Below are positions 52,001 to 64,000 of a stretch of DNA of 64,000 bases, piece by piece. Positions within the stretch are counted from its first letter, which is position 1. Each line of letters begins with the position of its first letter. The translations under genes and the position numbers were made by a program. The notes beneath the pieces are model-generated. The model worked only from the letters and a program-made list of their open reading frames with translations. It did no database searches and was not told the origin of the DNA. This DNA is from Okamejei kenojei. Its lineage: Eukaryota. The stretch is taken from contig CM069145.1 of assembly GCA_035221665.1 (NCBI GenBank), positions 25,668,001 to 25,732,000 of the forward strand, read 5' to 3'.

Positions 52001-54694
52001 TTCTCTCCAGCCCCTACACCGCATGAGTTAGGGAGGTGGCTCGTTGCCAGGGGAACTAAACATGGCCGTGTCTGTTGACCATGCCAGACTCTCATAGCTC
52101 AGGCATGAATTTGATGAAGGTGCTTACATTTGTTTTACGGAGTTTGACATGTACCTGATGAGGGTAATCTCCTCAAATTCAGCCAATAAGTACATAACCT
52201 CAATTTTCCAAAAATAAAATAAAACTAGTAAATTTAATTTTATCAGCATAGATTGTGTGCAAGAACCTCAAAAACAAGTTAGTGCTTTGGGATTTCCAAA
52301 TACTGTTAAACATGTTGCTGCACATTATTGAGGAATGATCTGTAAAATAAACCATTCTTGTAGCTGGCCGACATGTGCTGACGAGAAGTTAAGTTGCATT
52401 TTTGTCTAGAGCTGTATGGGTAAGAGATGATAACTATAACATGCTCTGTGGAATACAGAGATGATATGAGCCTGAATGCTAAACCCAAATTAACCCTGTC
52501 AATACTGAAACTCCTTCACCATTGTCATAAGACATCAATTGTGATCATACAATGTCACAGCTTTGCTATTTAAAAAAAAATCCAGATTACTGAATTCAGA
52601 ATTGAGAAATATTTCATGCCATTACACAACACCAGATACTGTTTCAAACAGATCTGTTTCCTGAAGTATGCCTTCCACTAGTTATGTAGAAACAAGGAAC
52701 TGCAGTTGCTGGTTTCTCAAGGAAAGACACAAAATGCTGGAGTAACTCAGATTGGTGACAATTTGAGTCAGGACCCTCTTCAGTCTGACCTGGAACATCA
52801 CCTGTCCATGTTCTCCAGGGAGGCAGCCTGACCCGCTGAGTTACTCCTGTCTTTTGTATTTTTCCTTCCACTAGTTACATCTTTCCAGCCTGAAAAAGAC
52901 CCAATTATTCCAACTCTCTCTTTCTTATGTGATGACGGATCTTCAGTCCATGTTCACTCACTACCTCCACATCCATGAGCTTTATCAAAGGCATGGTTTC
53001 CCTTCTTAATTATTTACTGTGCTTACATGTTAATCTTCCACGATGGATAGAATGGCCACACAGATCCCTTGAACAGCATCACTTTTCAAAGTGAGCATTT
53101 AAAAAAAAATCGACTTCTCTATTTTTGCTACCAAAATGGATGATTACACATTATTTTCCACCTGCCACATCGCAGCACATTCATATAGCTTGTCTATGCA
53201 TTTCCATTTCCTTGCAAACTCTTTGTATCCTCCCAACAACTTACATTGTCACCCAGCTCTGTATTATAAACAAACTTGGATATAATGCACAAGGTTCCCT
53301 CATTCAAATCATTGGCCGAGTTAATGAACAGCTTGGGTCCATCCCTACTCTGATCCTTTAGCACCCTCCGCTTCCATCTGTACTTTCAGCACATAAGGAA
53401 CGGGTTCAGTGTAGATATGTTTGCGTTCCATGTTTACGAGCCTTTGTGACTTTTTGGTGGTCATGGATGGCTCCACCAACATCTCTTCATAGTGTTGCCA
53501 TTTCCCAATTCATTCTCAACCCCCTCAACTAATGCACTCTCTTCCTAGCGAACAGTCAGTTTGTTGACACAGTACGCTGCCTTCTATGATCACGAGTCAC
53601 TTCTATATTATAAAGCACTGAACATTCAATGAGTCCTGATATTCCTAAAGTCTCCCCAGAACACATTCCCAACTCAGGCCAAAAAATGCCTACAGACACC
53701 TTCCTAACTTTCTGCGGTGGTCTGCAGCTGTGTCAATATTTATATTCATATCCTTGTTATAAATCTTCCATCTTGGGATTGATGTTTTTCCTTTCATCGT
53801 CACTCATGGTCTATGTAATATTTTGTTTAAAATGTATTCCTCAGTGCGATGAAATTCCCTTTCTGTGCATTTTTAACTGCAATCATATCCAATCTGTTGG
53901 GAGACTACTTTGCTGCCACTGCTCAGGCTGGCCATTGTTTGTTTAACCCTGCATTGAAACACTCTAAACTCATGCTGAATGATTCCCATTGCAACTGTAC
54001 AGCTACCTCCTCATGTACTCTATTCAAACACATGTGACTCCAGACTTTGTGGGAGCCGCACCATTGATACTGCTATTGGACTGCACACTGTGTTCACACT
54101 AACTCTCTGTACTGGCTGAAATTACTTTGTGTTTTTGCAGGACATTTCCAAAGATCTTGTAAGCCCATTCAAGTTTTATATCTCAAGTGTTAGACAACTT
54201 GTACTGGTTTGGCTCATTCATTAGCCCACACGCATTGCATCTCAGAGTGCAGGATCCAGAAATGCACCAAATGCAAAACCACGACAACTCTTTCACAGCA
54301 ACTAAATAGTTGGTTAATCATCTCACCTGACCTTGCGTTGTGTTTTTAAACTTCCAGTTGCTAGTGTCCAGCTGTCATCCATTACTTGAGATTACGTGAG
54401 GTGACAACACTGGATTTCATGAATGTTAGGCGTTAAGAACAGCATGCGATGGAGCTAGACGATCTCACAACCAATGGAACAGATTGTAGCTCTGCTGTCC
54501 GACACATTGTTGTGTTTGATAAATCTACGGATTCACACAACAGAGATTGTGTCAGATTAACTGTTACCCAATTGAGGACATTGGACTTTGTCTATGGAAC
54601 TGATGCGCTACAATGCTGAGAACTATATTCTGCACTGTATCTCCCCCTTTGCTCTACCTATTTGACTTGAATTTGACTTGACTATATTTATGTA

Positions 54695-55684
54695 TTGGAT
54701 GTTCGTATTGGTGGAAATGTGTCAGACTCGATAACAATCAGCATGGGAGCACCTCAAGGCTGCGTGCTCAGCCCCCTGCTGTACTCACTCCATACTCATG
54801 ACTGCGTAGTCGGTCATAGTGCGAACTCCATCATCAAGTTCGCTGACGACACCACTGTTGTGGGACGTATCACTGATGGGGATGAGTCAGAGTACAGAAG
54901 AGAGATCGAGTGACTGTCCATATGGTGCCAGCACAATAATCTGGCCCTCAACACCAGCAAAACCAAGGAACTGATTGTGGACTTTGGAAGGAGTAGGATG
55001 GGGACCCACAGTCCTGTTTATATCAACGGGTCAATGGTTGAAAGGGTCAAGAGCTTCAAATTCCTGGGCGTGCACATCTGTGAAGATCTTTCCTGGTCGG
55101 AGAACACAGATGCAATTATTAAGAAAGCTCATCAGCGCCTCTACTTCCTGAGAAGATTACGGAGAGTCGGTCTGTCAAGGAGGACTCTCTCTAACTTCTA
55201 CAGGTGCACGGTAGAGAGCTTGCTGTTGCATTGTGGCTTGGTTCGGCAACTTGAGTGCCCTGGAGAGGAAAAGACTACAAAAAGTAGTAAACACTGCCCA
55301 GTCCATCATCGGCTCTGACCTTCCTTCCATCGAGGGGATCTACCACAGTTGCTGCCTCAAAAAGGCTGGCAGCATCATCAAGGCCACACACTCATCTCCC
55401 TGCTACCTTTGGGTAGAAGGTACAGGAGCCTGAGGACTGCAATGACCCGGTTCAGGAATAGCTACTTCCCCACAGCCATCAAGCTATTAAACCTGGCTCA
55501 GACAAAACTCTGAACATTAATACCCCTCCATCTGTTATTTGCACTTTATTAATTTATTAATGAATGTGTGTATTTAAGTATATAATTGTAGTCAATGCCT
55601 ACTACGTTCTGTTGTGCTATGCAAAGAAAGAATTTCATTGTCCTGTCAGGGACACATGACAAAAAACTCTTTTGACTTGACTAT
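54695..55684 (+). mobile_element. Rex1/Babar-like LINE 3' portion
   Basis: GAPQGCVLSPLLYSLHTHDC...IIKFADDTTVVG and FKFLGVHI...KKAHQRLYFLRRL; (TTGAC)n tail, with tttgacttgactat at both flanks. Confidence 0.88.
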
Positions 55685-55704
55685 CTCATATGGTATGAAT
55701 GGAT

Positions 55705-55893
55705 GGTACACAAAAATGCTGGAGAAACTCAGCGGGTGCAGCAGCATCTATGGAGTGAAGGAAATAGGCAATGTTTCGGGCCGAAACCCTTCCTCTTTCC
55801 TTCGCTCCACAGATGCTGCTGCATCCGCTGAGTTTCTCCAGCATTTTTGTGTACCTTCAATTTTCCAGCATCTGCCGTTCCTTCTTAAACACA
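55705..55893. mobile_element. Inverted pair of Penelope-derived repeats with 15-bp flanking duplication
   Basis: ATGGTATGAATGGAT at 55690-55704 and 55894-55908. Arms tacacaaaaatgctggagaaactcagcgg and ccgctgagtttctccagcatttttgtgta are reverse complements. Confidence 0.85.
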
Positions 55894-56796
55894 ATGGTAT
55901 GAATGGATAGCATGTACAACAAAACTTTTCACTATACCTCAGTACATGTGACAATAATAAAGCTAAATTGAAACCCAATAATACTTTGCAACGTTTATTC
56001 AACATCATTATCAAATGATATATAAACTTCATAATTTAGTAATTATATTTGGGTTTGAGTTAGATAGTCAGGCAACAGATCAAGAGTCAAATGTACAAGG
56101 ATCCCTTTTAAAGTATTTAAAAACAAATAAATCTTTGTTTGGATCTCTATGTTGCTGCCTTGCCAATAGTTATTGCCCTCTCATAATTGCTCGTGAGTTA
56201 TCAGTTAACCTGTCCTCTTGAATCGCTGTGGTCTTTTTGCTACTCAAGTCTAACCACGATCCAGTGAGAGTTGGAGCCTGCAGTTACTGAACTGTTTCCT
56301 TTGGTAGCTCATGATCAAATTATTTCTGGCAACGCTATTTAGCAGCATAATTTACTCTCTCCTCTCATCTCACCTCAAGTCTGATAAATTTATAGCCTTC
56401 TAAGATAAACTCTAGCCTTCATCTCAACACCACGACTAGGAATTCTCTGTGGCTTGTTGTTTTTGCCCCAGGAAATAATGATGCTCATCAATCTGTTTTG
56501 TATCAACCAGTTCATATGAGAGTCTCCCAGAGCACCTGTAATAACTGCTGGATTAATTAATTAACCATATAAAAATTGAATCAACAAATTGAGAATTAGA
56601 AGTGGGAGAATCACTTTTACAAAGGGAACAGTGAGAATGTAGGAAATGTGAATATTATGTATACATGTGTTTAGAACAATTTACATGGAGATTAAATACA
56701 AAGTGGACTAGTTGGAACAATTCACCATGCTGTAAAATGGATTTGAGCACTTCCACTCCAGCAGTTGCCTCTCCCACTGAAGCTTGCCTCTCCCGT

Positions 56797-56824
56797 CTGA
56801 AGAAGGGTCTCGACCCGAAACGTC
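56797..56824 (+). ncRNA. Minimal type-I hammerhead ribozyme motif in a short Penelope-derived insert (56795-56889)
   Basis: CTGAAGA-A-GGGT-CTCG-ACCC-GAAA-CG-TC: CUGANGA and GAAA boxes, stem II and GUC cleavage triplet with palindromic ACGT. Insert flanked by gcctctccc on both sides. Confidence 0.7.
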
Positions 56825-56924
56825 GCCTATCTCCTTCGTTCCTTAGATGCTGCTGCACCCGCTGAGTTTCTCCAGCTTTTTGTGTACCCGCCTCTCCCAC
56901 TCCCACTTGATTCCTATCGGTTGG

Positions 56925-59826
56925 ACAATCTGTGAACGTGAGTTCAAACTAAATAGGTGGGGGGAGGGATTGACAAACTGGGAGTATAAAGATAGTTAAA
57001 GGGAAAGCGAGTACAGGAAAAGTTACAAAAAACTCCCGAATTAATGGGAAGGAAAATTCGAGGAGGGATTAGAGAGTAAGGTCAGGGCCAATAGTGACCA
57101 ATGTGAGAGGGGAGGTGAATATCAAAGTTAAAGTGTTGCCTATGAATGCGCAAAGTATAAGAAATAAAATGGACGAGCTTGAGGCTGAGTTATAAATTGG
57201 TAAGTATGATGTTGTTGGGAATTACAGGGACATGGCTGCAAGAGGGCCAGGGCTGGGAACTGAATATTCAAGGGTATATGTCCGATCGAAAAGACAGGCA
57301 GGTGGGCAGAGGAGGTAGCTCCGTTGGTGAATGAAATTCAGTCCCTTGCGAGGGGTGACATTGAAACAGGAGATGTGGAGTCTGTATGGATAGAACTGAG
57401 AAACTGTAAGGGTAAAAATACCCTAATGGGACATCTACAGGCCGCCCAAACAGAAGCCTGGACATGGGGTGCAAGTTGAATCGAGAGTTAAAATTGGGAT
57501 GTAGTAAAGGTAATGCTGTGGTTGTTATGGAGATTTCAACATGCAGGTAGACTGGGAAAATCAGGTTGGTACTGGACCCCAAGAAAGGGAGTTTGTGGAG
57601 TGCCTCCATGATGGATTCTTAGAGCAGCTTGTACTAAAGCCTAAAAGGCAATGCTGGATTTAGTGTTGTGTAATGAACCGGATTTGATAAGGGAACTTGA
57701 GGTTAAGGAGCCATTAGGAGGTAGTGACCATAATATGATAAGTTTTAATCAACAATTTGAGAGGGAGATGGTAAATCGGAGGTGTCAGTAATACAGTTGA
57801 ACAAAGGAGACTATGGAGCTGGCCAAAGTTGACTGGAAAGATACCCTAGCAGGGATGACAGTGGAACAACAATGGCAGGTATTTCTGGGAATAATACAGA
57901 AGGTGCAGGATCAGTTCATTCCAAAGAGGAAGAAAGATTCCAACGGCAGTAAGGGGCGACCGTGGCTGACAAGGGAAGTCAGGGACAGTATAAAAATAAA
58001 AGAGAAGTACAACATAGTAGAGATGAGTAGGAAGCCAGAGGATTGGGTAATGTTTAAAGAGCAACAGAAGATAACTAAAAAGACATTACGGGTGAGAAAA
58101 GATGAGGTATGAAGGTAAGCTAGCCAAGAATATAAAGGAGGATAGTAAAAGCTTCTTTAGATATGTGAAGAGGAAACAAATAGTTAGACTAGAATAGAAT
58201 AGAATAGAATGCCATTTATTTTCATTCAAACAGCTTGGTTTGAACAAAATTGCATTTTCTACAGTGTTAACAATTACAAAAAAACCCAAGTCACACTTAA
58301 CACACTTTACATAAACATCCATCACAGTGAATCTCCAACACCTCCTCACTGTGGAGGAAGGCAAAAGTCTTATCTCTTCCCTTATTCTTCTCCCGCAGTC
58401 CAGCAGTCCAACTGCAAAGACTGGGGCTCCCGATGTTTAAGCCCCCGGCGGGCGATGGTAAGTCCCACGGCCGTTAAGCTGCGCCGGGCGATGTTAGGCC
58501 CCGCTCCAAGTAATTTCACCCCGCGATTCCGGCGGGAGAAGTTGCCGTTGCGGGAGCTCCAAAAAGCGGACTCCCACCAGGGACCTGGGAGCTCCCGATG
58601 CTACCGTCCACCGGACCTGTGGCCAGAACCTCCGAAGCTCCGAAGTCGGGTCGCAACCGCGCACCACCACAGCTCCGAAGTTGGCCAGCTCCGCGATGGC
58701 AGGTCCGCAGGCTCCTCGACTGGAGCCCTTAGGTTAGTTCCGGCCGGAGGCCACCGCCGGCTCCACGATGTTAGGCCCAACGGAGACCCGACAGGGAAAA
58801 TGTCGGGTCCCCGAACAGGGAAGAGATTAAACAATTCCCCCCCCCCGCCCCCCACATACATTTAACGAGACAAAAATTAAAAAAAGACATATGGACTGCA
58901 GTTGAGCCGCTGCCGTTAGGTGCCGCCACACCACACTTCTAACAGTTAAGACCAAAGTTGGACACTTGAAGGCTGAAAAGGGTGTATTTATTACGGGGAG
59001 CAAGGAAATGGCAGATGAGTTGAACAGATACTTTGGATCCGTCTTCACTAAGGAAGACACCAACAGAGGATCTGCGGTGACAGAGGAACTGAAGGAAATC
59101 CACATTAGGCAGGAAATGGTGTTGGGTAAACTGATGTGACTGAAGGTTGATAAATCCCCAGGGCCAGATGGTCTGCATCCCAGGGTAGTGAATCTAGAAA
59201 TCGTGGGTGCATTGGTGATCATTTTCCAATGTTCCATAGATTCAGGATCAGTTCCTGTGGATTGGAGGGTAGCTAATGCTATCCCACTTTTTAAGAAAGG
59301 CGGGAAAGAGAAAACAGGGAATTATAGACCAGTTAGCCTGACATCGGTGTTGGGGAAGATGCTGGAGTCAATTATAAAAGATGAAATAGCAGCACATTTG
59401 GATAGCAGTAACGGGATCAGTCCAAGTCAGCACTACTCCCAATATCATGGTTTATCCCATGTTGTTTGTTGAAGCATGGAAGGAGAAAAATGTTCCCAAT
59501 GTGGGACGAGTCCAGAACCAGGGGCCACAGTCTTAGAATAAAGGGGAGGTCATTTAAGACTGAGGTGAGAAAAAACGTTTTCACCCAGAGAGTTGTGAAT
59601 TTATGGTTTTCCCTGCCACAGAGGGCAGTGGAGGCCAAGTCACTGGATGGATTTAAGAGAGAGTTAGATAGAGCTCTAGGGGCTAGTGGAGTCAAGGGAT
59701 ATGTGGAGAAGGCAGGCACGGGTTATTGATAGGGGACGATCAGCCATGGTCACAATGAATGGCGGTGCTGGCTCGAAGGGCCGAATGGCCTCCTCCTGCA
59801 CCTATTTTCTATGTTTCAATGTTTCT
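56925..59826 (+). mobile_element. Long CR1 LINE remnant (endonuclease, partial RT, 3' end), internally deleted and interrupted by another element
   Basis: Motifs LDLVLCN, PLGGSDHN, KSPGPDGLHPRV and DWRVANAIPLFKKG...GNYRPVSLTSV, then a jump to TRGHSLRI...FTQRVVNLW and a tttctatg tail. Confidence 0.88.
58190..58938 (-). mobile_element. Non-autonomous retroposon with GC-rich non-tRNA head and (ATTCT)n tail, inserted in CR1
   Basis: (TAGAA)n at ~58191-58210. The host resumes with a near-duplicate aa(t/c)agtta(a)gac. Internal cgatgtta(a/g)g repeats are shared with 49075-49300. Confidence 0.6.
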
Positions 59827-60464
59827 ACGAGATTGCAGGGCTGCATTATACATTGATTGTTACCCTCAGACCAATGGGATGAGCAATCACTTCAAGGACA
59901 TTCATTACCCAGTCTAATAATCACACTTCCTATGTGCTCTAGGCTGTCAGAAGCATTGGTGAACAAAAATATCATTTTGTTGGTCAAATGCTTTGTTTTC
60001 ATGTACGAGTCTGTCCCAGCGAAGACCAGCACACCATTCCAGTATGTAATGTGGTCATAAAAAACAAAATAAGTTAAAAGAGTCAAAATCTGCTGACAGG
60101 AAATGGGTGAGACTTTACTGGAGGATTATCATTATCATTAGAATATTTGTCTCATCACAGCACCCGGGCAAGAATCCTTCATTGATACTTTCTTGATTTG
60201 ATTCTGATTTTACTTGTTCACTTACATCTTATGAAGCTATTCAAAAAGATCTTCATTATAGTGCTGAATAACCTGATTCCTTTTTGATCAAGTGATTTTC
60301 AATGCTTGTCTGCTGATTGTTAGATTAATGCATTTTAAAAGCTTTTATTTTGTTATGAATCATGTTAATCAGGAAGTTGGAGGAAACGGTATACAACTGG
60401 GGCAGCATGGTGGTGCAGCGGTGGAGCTGCTGTCTTACAGTGCTTACTGCGCCAGAGACCTCAG

Positions 60465-62747
60465 TTTTTTGTTTTTTTTTTGTTTGTTTATTTTTGTTAG
60501 AAGTAAGTACAATAGTCTGGTACTTAAGTACCTAATACGTAAATACATATTTTCATTCTTGTACAACTTCGTACTTTTGATTTAATAATAAAAGAACAGT
60601 GAGAGAAAAAATAAATAAAGAGTGTCGGAATAGATAGACAAGCGAGTAGAAACAGAAAGCAAAAGAAATAAAGGACAGAGATGAGAAGCTAAAAGATTGA
60701 AAGAAAAGGAGAGATCTACCTATCTCGTATTTTTGCCCATCCGTCACCCAGTTCTAAACCATTTAATTTCTAAGGTTATGTTATTTTGCACCATATGCTT
60801 GCAAAAAGTTGATAAAAGGAGACCAAATCTTTAAGAATTGGTCTACTTTGCCTAGTAGGAGGAATCTCATTTCTTCAAGATGTAGCGTTTCAGACATGTT
60901 TGAGATCCACATTTTGAATGTTGGCGTAGGTGCGTTTTTCCAGAATTTAAGTATGTTTTTTTGCTGTTATTAGACCATAATTAAGAAAAGCTTCTTGGAA
61001 TATAGTTAGTTTACTTCCCTCTTCCATTGATCCAAAGATAATCAATTCTGTATTGGGGTTCAATTTTGTGTTAAATAGTTTTGTAAAAATTCCAAAAATT
61101 TCATTCCAAAATTTATACAGTTTTGTACAAGAGACAAAGGAATGTGCTATAGTAGCATTTTGAGTTAGTCATTTGTCGCAGATGGGGGAAACATTTGAAA
61201 ATATTTTATCAGTCTTGTTTTCGAATAATAGAATCTATGTAAAATTTTAAATTGAATTAAGTTATCTCTTACATTCATTGAACATTTGTTTACATTCATT
61301 GAACATTTGTTCGGAATTTTTTATCAATAACTCTTGTTCCCAGTCTCTTCTAATTACCTCTGTCGTTGGTGTTTCTATATTTAGAATTATATTATATGTA
61401 AGATATTAAATTGCTTGATTCTGCCTTTCTATTCATTCCTTCCTCCAATAAATCTGGGGTTAAAGTTTGATATCCTTGTATATACTTTTTCAAATCATCT
61501 TGAATTTGAAGGTATTTGAAATATTGATTACTTTTCAAATTATATTTTAGTTGTAGTTGTTGGAATGATAAAATTTTTCCCATTTCATACATATCTCCCA
61601 TCGTTTTAATTCCTATTCTTTCCCAATGGATAAACGTTTTATCAATAATGGATGGTTTGAATGAGGGATTATTAGCTATTGGAGAAAGAAGCGATAATTT
61701 TCTTAATTTTAAAGTTAATTCGTATTATATCAGTTTTATCGGGGAAAGAAGGATAGCTCCTATATTATAAGGGGAACAATCCTCTTTCTCCATTCTTATC
61801 CAATCTACCTGTTGGGCAGAACAGTCCAACCAGAAGATTATATTTTTAATATTCACTGCCCAATAATAATACAATAAGTTAGGGAGTGTCAGTCCCCCAG
61901 ATTCTTTAGATTTACACAAGTTTTTTTTTTTTAATTCTGTGTGATTTATAATCCCATATGAAATTTATAATGTCAGAATCTAGTTTTTTAAAGAATTTTT
62001 TAGGTAAGTATATTGGTATTGATTGAAATAGGTACAATATTTGTGGTAAGAAGATCATTTTTATCGCGTTTATTCTGCCTATTAAAGACATCGGCAGTGT
62101 TTTCCAAAATTTAATCAACCCATTTAATTTAGTTAATAAAGGCATATAGTTTGCGTTGAGTAATGATTTATAGTTCCTAGTAATTTGGATGCCCAAATAC
62201 TTAAATTTTTCTGTTGTAATTCTAAAAGGGAATTTCAACAGATGTGTCGACTTGAGGTTTTATTGTCATAATTTCGCTTTTGTTCCAATTTATTCTATAT
62301 CCTGAAAAAGAGCCAAATACCTCTATTAAATTTAGTATATTTGGTATGCTAATTTGTGAATTTGTAATATTTAATAATATGTCATCTGCATATAATGAAA
62401 TTTTATTATTTGAGTGTTTGGTATTTTACCCATGAATATTCGGATGGCTTCTTATACTTTCAGCTAAAGTCTCTATCACTAGTGCAAATAGTAGGGGCGC
62501 ACTCCTGCCTATTGCCTATTGCCCCTTGCTAATTGGAATTTTGGGGATAATATATTATTAGTCAGTATTCTAGCCGTCGGCTTATCATATAATAATTTTA
62601 CCCATGAAATAAAATTATCTCCCATGTTAAATTTTTCCAATACTTTGAATAAATATAGCCATCTACTTGATCGAAAGCTTTTTCTGCATCCAATGAAATA
62701 ATTGCTAGTTCTTCTTCAGTATTATGTGAGTACATTATATTAAACAG
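60465..62747 (-). mobile_element. L1-clade LINE, 5'-truncated, inserted into a V-SINE
   Basis: Minus-strand fragments ISLDAEKAFD, KISLYADDI, FKYLGIQIT, SLIGRINAIKM and GGLTLPNL; poly(T) at 60465-60497. SINE halves at 60399-60464 and 62748-62992. Confidence 0.9.
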
Positions 62748-64000
62748 CTAGGGGTGTTGTCCGTTTGGAGTTTGTGCGTTCTCCCTGTGACCGCACCGGG
62801 TTTCTCCGAGATCTTCGGTTTCCTCCCACACTCCATAGACGTACAGGTCTGTAGGTTAATTAGTTTGGCATAAATCTAAAAATGTCCCTAGTGTGTGTAG
62901 GATAGCGTTAATGTGTGGGGATTGCTAGTCAGTGCAGACTCAGTGGGCCGAAGGGCCTGCTTCCACGCTGTATCTCTAAACTAAACTAAACTGAGCAACT
63001 ACAAAAAAGTGATATCAGATGGATTTATCTAAAGCCGAAATAAATTTCATAGAAATTCATCCTTGGCCTTAGGTTTAGCTTTAGGTTTATTATTGTTGTG
63101 TGTACCGAGGTCCAGTGAAAAGCGTTGTTTTGCTGCTATCCAAATAGGTGGTGGAATACTTGTTACTGCCACTGTGGAAACTTGGTATGAGGCAGATATT
63201 ACAGCAGGACATCAAGGTTGCATCACCCTTTTGCAGGGATGATTTTCTATCTCAGACTTTAACTCAGGGAATTTAAAAAGTAATTCATAGTCTATGTTAT
63301 GTGATAGTATCTCATCTGTTTAGATTAGCTTAGTTTAGAGGTGCAGCATGGAAACAGTCCTTCAGCCCACCGAGTCCACACAGACAATCGATCACCCATT
63401 CACACTAGGTCTATGTTATCTCACTTTCTCGTCAACTCCCTGCACACTAGGGGCAACTAACAGAGGGCAACTAAGCTAAAAACCCGGGACGTAGGAGGAA
63501 ACTGGAGCACCTGGAGGAAACCCACGCAGTTACAGAGAGAATGGGGAAACTCAACGTAGACAGCGCCAGAGGTCTGGATTGGACAAGGCTACCAGCTGTG
63601 CCACTGTGTCATTCTGAGGCGGTGTTCAGTGACACCACCCTGGTTGCTCAGTGACTTCCTGCTAGAAAGGGATAATTAATGGATAATTGGGGGGGGGGGG
63701 GGGGGGGGGGAGATGGATTTTGGTTTGCACGGGGATTAATGGCTTTCAAAGCAATCATACCACTGAAGAGAATGTTCACCATGGCATGGGTCAAGAATGT
63801 TTTATTGCCAAACGTCCCAAAACAATGAAATTCCTACTTGCAGTAGCTCAGCAGATATGTAAACATAATACTCTGTATTACAAAATGTAATATATAACAT
63901 ATTCTGTACATTTACTGAACATCACCCCGGTTCTGAAATACTTAAAAAATAATTATGCTTATTTACATTTGCAGGAATAATCTATGATTCTGTTCAGGGG

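Noticed and set aside
58209-58865. 218-aa ORF
   Set aside because: Lies antisense within a GC-rich retroposon and has no recognisable domain; most likely open by chance.
61270-61311. 21-bp tandem duplication tacattcattgaacatttgtt
   Set aside because: Local slippage inside a dead L1 copy; no sign of function.
40600-64000. Expected GRK5 terminal exons on the minus strand (human synteny)
   Set aside because: No kinase or GRK5 C-terminal peptide recognised in this interval; probably beyond the window.

Overview
Eukaryotic, repeat-dense vertebrate DNA; the repeat families (V-SINE/HE1-like, Deu-domain SINE, CR1, Penelope) point to a cartilaginous fish, probably a skate or ray (inference). The one clearly identifiable gene is RGS10 on the + strand. 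Four coding exons with canonical AG/GT boundaries lie at 16313-16431, 25984-26070, 30197-30340 and 39129-39278, and they splice in frame into a complete RGS domain ending KRASRIYNR*. Its first coding exon was not found and probably lies in or near the CpG island and 500-N gap at 10.8-12.1 kb. Left of the gap is a chain of minus-strand exon-like segments of an unidentified, frameshift-ridden gene; this contig also looks indel-noisy. The rest is mobile DNA: Penelope-like elements (RT and GIY-YIG fragments), CR1, Rex1/Babar, L1, RTE, SINEs, a tandemly duplicated Helitron, and hAT and Harbinger-like elements. The most interesting signal is about 20 intact or decayed copies of a minimal type-I hammerhead ribozyme motif (CTGAAGA-A-GGGT-CTCG-ACCC-GAAA-CGTC) carried by short Penelope-derived inserts. 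Many form fold-back pairs and several lie in sense orientation inside RGS10 introns. Repeat boundaries are read by eye and approximate unless TSDs or TIRs are quoted. Most ORFs in the supplied track are repeat-derived or spurious.
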